A stretch of 64,000 nt of DNA from Octopus vulgaris (lineage: Eukaryota), in NCBI GenBank assembly GCA_951406725.2, contig OX597816.1, positions 128,030,001 to 128,094,000 of the forward strand. The letters run 5' to 3'. The position numbers and the translations under genes were made by a program. The notes beneath the pieces are model-generated. The model did no database searches. It had not been told where the DNA came from and worked only from the letters and a program-made list of their open reading frames with translations. Below, piece after piece: positions 56,169 to 64,000 of the stretch. Position 1 is the first letter of the stretch. The number at the start of each line of letters is the position of its first letter.

Positions 56169-56539
56169 TAATTTACTCTGCTATGTATTGAGTACCTTAT
56201 TTACTGTGGTTAACCCCGACTCAACCCGGGACCTACATATATATATATGTATGTAGATTGATAGATAGATGTAAGGCTGGATAAATTTGCATATGGGTAA
56301 GCATGTGAATGAATGGTGATTCTGCAATACTTCATTAAAACCATTTGAGTGAAAGAAGAAAAAAAAGCAATGCATGTAGAACAAAAGATGAGTGAGAAAT
56401 AAGAGAATGAACATAACTTATTTGAGAAACAAGGAAATAATGACAGGAAAAGTATCAGATAAGAAAAGAAGCTACAATAAGAATTGTTCAACTCATGTCA
56501 ATTTGGAAAACGGACATTAAATGATGTTGAGTTTTTATA

Positions 56540-56615
56540 TGTAATATGTTATATATAATATGTGTACATACGCATATTATAAAGCATATATATATATATA
56601 TAAGTATATATGTAT

Positions 56616-56681
<66 letters not shown>

Positions 56682-56771
56682 ATGCATTATATGTTATATC
56701 TATATATCTATGCATTTACGTACATATATGTATATAGAGATATCTGTATATGTATATAAAGAAATATGTAT

Positions 56772-56821
<50 letters not shown>

Positions 56822-56892
56822 AGAGAGAGAGATGTATGTTTAAAAACATATTTATATAGATCTTTATATATATGTATTTAGCTATATACATG
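56540..56892. repeat. (TA)n/(CA)n compound microsatellite
   Basis: Direct reading. Confidence 0.9.
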
Positions 56893-56894
56893 TA

Positions 56895-57446
56895 TTGGGT
56901 TGTCCAGAAAGTTTGTGCCGATTTATAGTAGCTTACCTTTCGACTTATTTTAGAACATGGTTCAGTCCATAAAATAGGATTTGACTACACCTCCATTTAG
57001 AGCACAGTTTAAGCTATCTTTTCGTGGAAGAAGGTTTATGTTCCTATAACCTGTGTTAATTCTGTAACCCTTTAAATTGGAAGATAATAAAGTTCATTTT
57101 CGGCACTTGATGCTTTGGAACCAGAAAAAAATTGCTGCAGCTTGGCTGGGATGTGTTACCCAACCCTCCATATTTACCAGAATATTTCCACTTATTCAGG
57201 TCTCTGCAGAATAGTCTTAATGGTAAAACTTTCAATTCCTTGGATGACATAAAAAGATACCTTGATGAATTCTTTGTCATGAAACCACCCCAGTTCTGGG
57301 AAGAGGGTATTTTCAAGTTAAAGGAAAGATGTAGATGCATTGTGCAACAAAATGGTTCATATTTGGTTGATTAAAAATGTAATGGCAAGTATTTATTGAA
57401 TTTTTTCTTTCCTTTAAAAATCAGCATGAACTTTCCGGAAACCCAA
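56895..57446 (+). mobile_element. Internally deleted mariner transposon
   Basis: TA TSD; TIRs ttgggttgtccagaaagtttgtgccgattt / aaatcagcatgaactttccggaaacccaa; transposase N-terminus (EDNKVHFRHLML) fused to C-terminus (LGWDVLPNPPY...HLFRSLQNSLNGKTF...GIFKLKER...NGSY). Confidence 0.9.
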
Positions 57447-57481
57447 TATATAGATAGATACTGTTTGTTCTTTGAATTGAC

Positions 57482-57516
<35 letters not shown>

Positions 57517-57665
57517 CAATAATAATAATAATAAGGGTTATTACAAAGTAGCATTAGTATTACCTTTAATTTCCATATTTATATATACAGCTTCAAACAG
57601 ACCTACACATGTTTCTACTTCATTGATTAGTAACTATTGCAATTGCAACCTTACAATAATACCTG

Positions 57666-57705
<40 letters not shown>

Positions 57706-57761
57706 CATATATATAAATATGTAATAAATATATGTGCTAAATAATGCATAATACATATATA

Positions 57762-58178
57762 TCTTTTATCTTTTACTTGTTTCAGTCATTAGACAGCAGC
57801 CATGCTGGGGCACCAACTTGTAGAATTTTTAGCCAAATGTATTGACCCTAGTACATATTTTTTAAAAGTCTGGTACCTATTCTATCAGTCTTTTTTTTTT
57901 GCCGAACTGCTAATTTACAGGATGTAAACACCCTGGCACCAGTTGCCTAGTGGGGGTGGGGGAGAGAAACAAAGATACAAAAATGTAGACACACACTCAC
58001 ACACACATATATATATGACAAGCTTCTTTAAGTTTCCGCCTACCAAATCCACTCAAAGTGTTGGCCGGCCCATCACTATAATTGAAGACACTTTCCCAAG
58101 GTACCATGCAGTGGGATTGAATGCCAAATCATGTGGTTGGAAAGCAATCCTCTTACCACACAGCCATGCTTGTGCCTA
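57762..58178 (-). mobile_element. tRNA-derived SINE family 2
   Basis: Reverse complement of 28190-28497; partial copies also at ~12560-12715, 16375-16510, 40720-40880 and 54545-54670. Confidence 0.7.
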
Positions 58179-58249
58179 TATATATGTGTGTGTGTATCAC
58201 AAATTTATTAATGTGTGTGTGTGCATGCATGTAACAATAATTGGTTCTA

Positions 58250-58497
58250 GGCAGCGAGCTGGCTTCAGGTGGTGAGCTGACAGAAACGTTAGCATGCCAG
58301 GCAAAATGTTTAGTGGTATTTCATCTGCTTTTACGTTCTGAGTTCAAATTCTGCCGAGGTCGACTTAGCCTCTCATTCTTTGGGGGTCGATTAAATAAGT
58401 ACCAGTTATGCACTGGGGTCGTTGTCATTGACTTAATCCCTTTGTCTGTCCTTGTTTGTCCCCTCTATGTTTAGCCCCTTGTGGGCAATAAAGAAAT
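58250..58497 (+). mobile_element. tRNA-derived SINE (family 1), full length with TSD
   Basis: B-box-like gagttcaaattc, core gtcgac..gcc..tcat.ctt.ggggtcga..aataagtaccag; flanked by aataattggttcta (58236 and 58498). Confidence 0.88.
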
Positions 58498-58499
58498 AA

Positions 58500-59418
58500 T
58501 AATTGGTTCTAGGATTGAAAATGTACCAAGGTTTTAAAACGAATTTAAGATTTTCTTTAAATTTTAAAAATACTTTACAGTATCATATCAGTTTCCACAG
58601 CTTGTATGTTTCCAGTGGAAAATAAACAAAATGTAAAAAGGTGAAACATTAAAATAAAGAAAAAGCACAAAAAATGTTTCATTGCAATAAACTATGCTCA
58701 AAAAACAATTGTTCAATAGGTTTCATAACAAAATTACATGATGAAAATTCATGTGTTCGATAAGCTTCGCAGCAATAAGAAATAATGGAAGTTCAAATTT
58801 GTAACAAATTTCATAGTAATTATGATAGAAATCTGAAAGTTCAGTTTGAAATGCATGATATAAATTTAAGATTCATACCAGTGAATTATGTTAGCAATTA
58901 GACATGATGAAGATTTTAAAATATAGGAAAAAAAAACTTTACAGATTCTGTTGTATTGTGTGAAATAGAATTGTTTACTGTTTGTTTTACTAGTTTAAAT
59001 GTGGAACTTGAACTTTATTTCAAGCTGATATATGTAGATTTTAAGACATAGGTTCAAGTACAGATTGGCTACTTACTCAAAGACATCACTTGATTTTGTC
59101 TGCCTGTAACCTAGTGTTCTAGTTAGCTGATTGCTTGGGTACATCATTTGTTTATCATATATTTTAATCACTTGTTTTTGTCTGACAATATGTGGGTGTC
59201 ATTTGTTAATCAAATGTTCTGGCCACTTAATTCTGTCTGACAACAGTCTAGTGTTGTGTTCCAGTTGGCTGTTTCCCTTGAGAGTTAACTTGTTTTGCAG
59301 ATGGCCTATTTAGCTGAATACTTTATAGCACCACTTATTTTTTCCTATTTTCTCTTACAATTTGGTTGTAACCAAAACCAAAATTCAATTAGTCAACCCT
59401 AGCATGACATCAGTAGAC
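58500..59418 (-). repeat. Left inverted repeat (inverted pLTR) of Penelope-like element
   Basis: Reverse complement aligns by eye with 62603-63465 (e.g. ttttaagacataggttcaagt / acttgaacctatgtcttaaaa; ttttaatcacttgtttttgtct / agacaaaaacaagtgattaaaa). Confidence 0.85.
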
Positions 59419-59965
59419 CATCATCATCGTTTAATATCCGCTTTCCATGCTAGCATGGGTTGGACGATTTGAATGAGTGCTAGCGAACTAGATGGCTGCA
59501 CCAGGCTCCAATCTTGATCTTGCAGAGTTTCTACAGCTGGATACCCTTCCTAATGCCAACCACTCTGAGTGTGTAGTGGGTGCTTTTATGTATCATATCA
59601 GTTTTATGTGCCACTGGCATGGGGGCCAGTCAAGTGGTACTGGCACCGACCTCGCTCGAATCTTTTTACACATGCCACCTGCACAGGTGCCAGTAAGGCA
59701 ACGCTGGTAACAATCACGCTCAAATGGTGCCTTTTATGTGGCACCGGCACGGAAGCCAGTTAGCTGCTCTGGCAATGATCACGCTCAGATGGTGCTTTTA
59801 GCACCCTACTAGCACGGGGAACAAGTAACAGTAAGGCGATGCTGGTAACAATTGCACTTAAATGGTGCCTTTTATGTGCCACTGGCACGGAAGCCAGTTA
59901 GCTGCTCTGTCAACGATCACACTTGTATGGTGCTCTTTGCACCCTGCTAGCATGGATGCCAGTCA
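59419..59965 (-). mobile_element. RTE-type 3' end repeat with internal duplicated units, inserted into the Penelope-like element region
   Basis: Same family; repeated gtgccac.ggcacggaagccagttagctgctct units. Confidence 0.8.
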
Positions 59966-60249
59966 AGCAATTACACCATGGTCTGAACTTGGGATTTCAG
60001 TTTCTGATGGGATCCAATTACTACAACTTTAAGTTCTTTCTTTTATTTTCTTTACTTCTAACATTTACTGTGTTTTTATTCGGATTCTATCATGTTGTCA
60101 TAAATATTTAGTCTTGGTTTATATTTCTTAATAAACATATTTTCCTAATTTAATCAGAGTTGGACTGAGATGTTCCTGATACATTGATATTAAAAGAAAA
60201 TTTGGTATTTGGAATATTTGTTTGTTGCACAGTATTTAAGTCACTCAAT

Positions 60250-62470
60250 GGCACAAACCAACTGTAAGATTCCAAGTGTAATAAATCTATTTCACTAACC
60301 ATGTCAACCAAACAAATTCAAATCCTCTCTTAAGGGCTAAACTTCAGTTCAAAACCACAAAATTCCAACGTGAATGAAATACTGAGTGATATTTTAGAAT
60401 TTTATAGAAAACTTCACATATCAAAAAAATTGTTCAACATGGGAATTAATGATGAATCAATTCTACATAACAGAAATAACTACAGTACAGCAAAAGATAG
60501 GAACCAAACTTTTGACAAATTCTGTGATTTTGTAACCATTTTTTAAATATAAATTACCACTTCCAAAATTTAAATCAAGCACTTCAAAGAATGGGAATCA
60601 CCAATAATCTTAAGAAAGATCACAATATAGTTATCAAAATAGTTGATAAAAGTGGTGCTGCAGGCACTATGGAATTGGAGTGAAACAAAAACACTGCATT
60701 ATCTCTACATTATGACATCTGTTATGAACAGGTAAACAATTACTAACAATCTAAAAAGAAACATGAAACTCAACTCACTACCTTCATCCAGCAGTTTCAA
60801 AAAACTTAATAGGAAATGAAAGAAACTATTTAACTGGATTTGAATGCAAAACCAGCAAATTTTATGGACTTTCATAAATCCATAAGAGCAAAGCAATAAA
60901 TGAAGCATGTATGTTAACTTACTTCATCCTAAAGATCACAAATTAAGATAAGTTGTAGCAGGCATGTACTGTGATACACATAGACAAAGTAACTTTATTG
61001 GTGTACACCTAAAACCCAGTCTTAAATATATATCAAGCTTCATAAGCCATGACTTAGCCTTTCTAAATAAACCATCTCCAAAATAAACCAACTCCAACAC
61101 TACCTCATTTGATGTAGTATATCTCTACAACACAATTAAACATAAGAATGGAATAGAAGCTATAAAATTCAGCAGGAAAAGTTTTCCAAATGACCTACCT
61201 GAATGAATTGAGAAAAGATATGTCATTGAAGGATTAAAGTTTATCCTACAAAATAACTTTTACAATATCAATGACAACATTTACAAGCAAATATCTGGGA
61301 CTAAGTTTGACTTAAAATTAGCTCCTATGAATGCTTATCTTGTTATGACATACTTAGAATTTCACGTATACAAACACTTCTGATTAAATTTTGGCAATAA
61401 CTTCTTTAAATATCTATTCACCAAACAGAAATGCTACCTGGACAACTGTTTCATCTCATGGATACACAGTCAGGATCGACTGTATGAGTTTAAATCCCTG
61501 ATCAATAACATAAACCACAGTATCCAATTTACAATGGAATATATTAAAAATAACAACCCTTCTTGGATATTTAATAGTAAAAGCGATGCAGACATTGAAA
61601 ACGATATCTACTTCAAACCAACAGATTCAGAACAATACCTGTTATTGTCTTTCTGCCTTCCAAAACATACAATAATAAATATAGCTTTTAACCTGATAAG
61701 AAGAATCTGCACGATTTGTATCCAGCCCTGAAACCTGAGAGAAACAACTTCAAGAAATTAAATGTATATTACTTGTAAGACAATACCCAGTCACTTTAAT
61801 CGATAACAGAATAGAATATGCAAAAACGACAGATGCAAGAATTACAAAAAGCAAGAAACACCCCTGATACACTCAATACTTTACCTTAACACACAATAAA
61901 AGAAATAAAAAGCTTATACCATCATCGATGAGGAGATTTAAGTTTTGATGAATGATCCACAGAGAAAGCTGTACTCAAAACAAAAAAAAAAAATACAGAT
62001 AAAAGATTTTCAAAGTCTTTTTTTTTAACATTTAAGTACTTGCACCAAATAACCTGCCAAAAATATAACTCCAATAGTCCAAAAGTGTAACCTCCCTACT
62101 TGTGAAATATACATCAGTTTCCTTCAGAGCTCAATAGATAAATTTGAATCAGGTCACACATTTACTGTAAAAATGTCATTTCATTTCACATGAAAAAAAT
62201 TAATTCATGCTATCAAATGCATTGGATGTAATGAAGATAAAAGGGATAATTCTTATGCAAAGACTGATGATTCACCGTCAACAAATACAAAATTCCAATA
62301 CCATATAAGATAATTGTTATGAAACATCTGAATCTTTGTCCAACAAACAAAACATCTCAAATGCCAAAGTTTCCATTTATATCAATGTATCAAGAATACC
62401 TCAGTACAATTCCAATTGAATAAAAGAAATATGATTATTAAAAAAAACAGAAAAACAAATCTGAATACTC
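60250..62470 (+). pseudogene. Decayed Penelope-like element ORF (RT plus GIY-YIG endonuclease region)
   Basis: Frameshifted motifs NIVIKIVDKSG, FYGL, SFDVVYLYNTI, YKQISGT...LAP, YLDNCF, SIQFTME, DIYFKPTDSEQYL and LIHAIKCIGCNE. Confidence 0.85.
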
Positions 62471-62602
62471 TATAACAATGCAGTATATTTGACTCAAACA
62501 ACTAGAAACAATGAAAATATTTTAAAAATTTAAAGTCATAGTAACACTTATCCAGCAGAATATGAAACCACAGTTTAATTATTGATACATACTTTCAACC
62601 CT

Positions 62603-63465
62603 ATCTGCTGATATCATATTAGGATTTATCAATTTTATAACGTTTTTGGTTCAAACCAAACTGAAAGGGAAAACATAATAAAACAATTGGTGCTATCAAG
62701 TATTCAATAGAATAGGACATCATAAAAACAAGAAACTTCTTAATGAAAACAGCCAACTAGAACACAACACTAAACGGTTGTCAGACAGAATCAAGTAATC
62801 TGGACATTTGATAAACAATTGACATCCACATACTATCAACTGAATGCTAGACAAAAACAAGTGATTAAAATGTATGATTAAAAAAATGATGTTCCCAAGT
62901 GGTCAGCAAACCAGAACACTAGGTTACTGGCAGATGAGAACAAGTGATGTTCTTGAGGAAATAATTAATCTAGACTTGAACCTATGTCTTAAAACCTATG
63001 TAGCTTGGAATAAAGTTCAAGTTCAACATTCAAACTACTGAAGCAAACAGTAAACCGTTCTACTTCATACAATACAACAGAACCTTCTTATATTTTTAAA
63101 ATCTTCATATCTAATTGCAAACATAATTTACTGGTATGGATCTTACTGAACTCTCAAATATATATCATGTATTATTGCTATGAAATTTATCATGAATTTC
63201 AATGTTCATTATTTCTTATTACTGTAAAATTTATTGAACCCACAAATTTTCATTGTTTAATTTTGTTATGAAACCTGGTTGTTGAGCATGTTTTATTGCC
63301 ATGTAACATTTTTGTGCATATTTTCTTTTGAATTTTCATTTCATTTATTTAGCATGGGAAACAATAACATTGCCAAAACAGGTATGATTGTTTGAAAATC
63401 AAAATAAATTTTACAAAACTTAAATTCATTTTAGGATCCAGGTAAATTTTCAACCTCAAAACTAA
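62603..63465 (+). repeat. Right (3') pLTR of Penelope-like element
   Basis: Diverged inverted copy of 58500-59418, directly downstream of the PLE ORF. Confidence 0.85.
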
Positions 63466-64000
63466 ATTTTTTTATGTCTCATCTTGTGCGCTGGACACCT
63501 TTCTTATATACCAACACTCAATTAACTGTCTGTGGCATAGCTATTTGCCATGGATTCACATTCTCAGTTAAACAGGGGTGGGGAAAGCTTGCCATATTTG
63601 AAGTTGGTACCATGTCACCAACAAGTGTAAATCAAAGTTTTTTCTTTTTACTCCATCTCTTTGTAATTTCTCAAAACCTCTCTTATTCTTCAATACACCT
63701 CTCTCTTCATCTGTTCCCTTCATCTCATTCAACTTTGCCTATTTCTCCTTTTTCATTAGTCTTTCCTTCTTCCTTCTCACACTATTTCTCCTACCACTTT
63801 TTGTTCACATATGAACCTTACGTGGTCCTGTGTTCATTATCAGTTGTAGCCACTCTTTTTATAAATAATAGCATGTAAATATTGGGATATTAAAGGTGGG
63901 TGTAAGTGAAAATAGAATGGTGTCAGAGCATACTCTTATGATAGCGAAAGGTGAGTGTAAGAGAGAATATGAACAGAAGATTGGTAAAGGTGAGTGGGGT

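Overview
AT-rich, repeat-dense eukaryotic DNA. The tRNA-derived SINEs, the RTE-type 3' ends with (GAT)n tails and the abundant (TA)n/(CA)n tracts look like an octopus (coleoid cephalopod) genome; this is inferred from recognising the repeats. The main feature is the 3' part of a + strand gene, reconstructed as 7 phase-compatible exons from 4855 to 29746 (at least 1125 aa, N-terminus not found). It encodes an uncharacterised protein with a Cys-rich extracellular N-terminus and five predicted TM helices, in a prominin/tweety/DC-STAMP-like topology. A SINE-free stretch of about 7.5 kb follows, probably its 3' UTR, and it converges on candidate terminal exons of a - strand transcript. The rest is transposon debris: R4/Dong-like and RTE LINEs, several SINE families, hAT/piggyBac-like MITEs, a Helitron-like element, a deleted mariner, and a decayed Penelope-like element between ~0.9 kb inverted repeats. 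Notable signals: a near-intact minimal type I hammerhead ribozyme with a greatly extended stem II; four fold-back palindromes that each carry a hammerhead-like core next to their axis; and a composite templated insertion containing a perfect 40-nt inverted copy of sequence 5 kb away. Most short ORFs in the track are microsatellite or TE artefacts. Repeat coordinates are approximate and alignments were done by eye.
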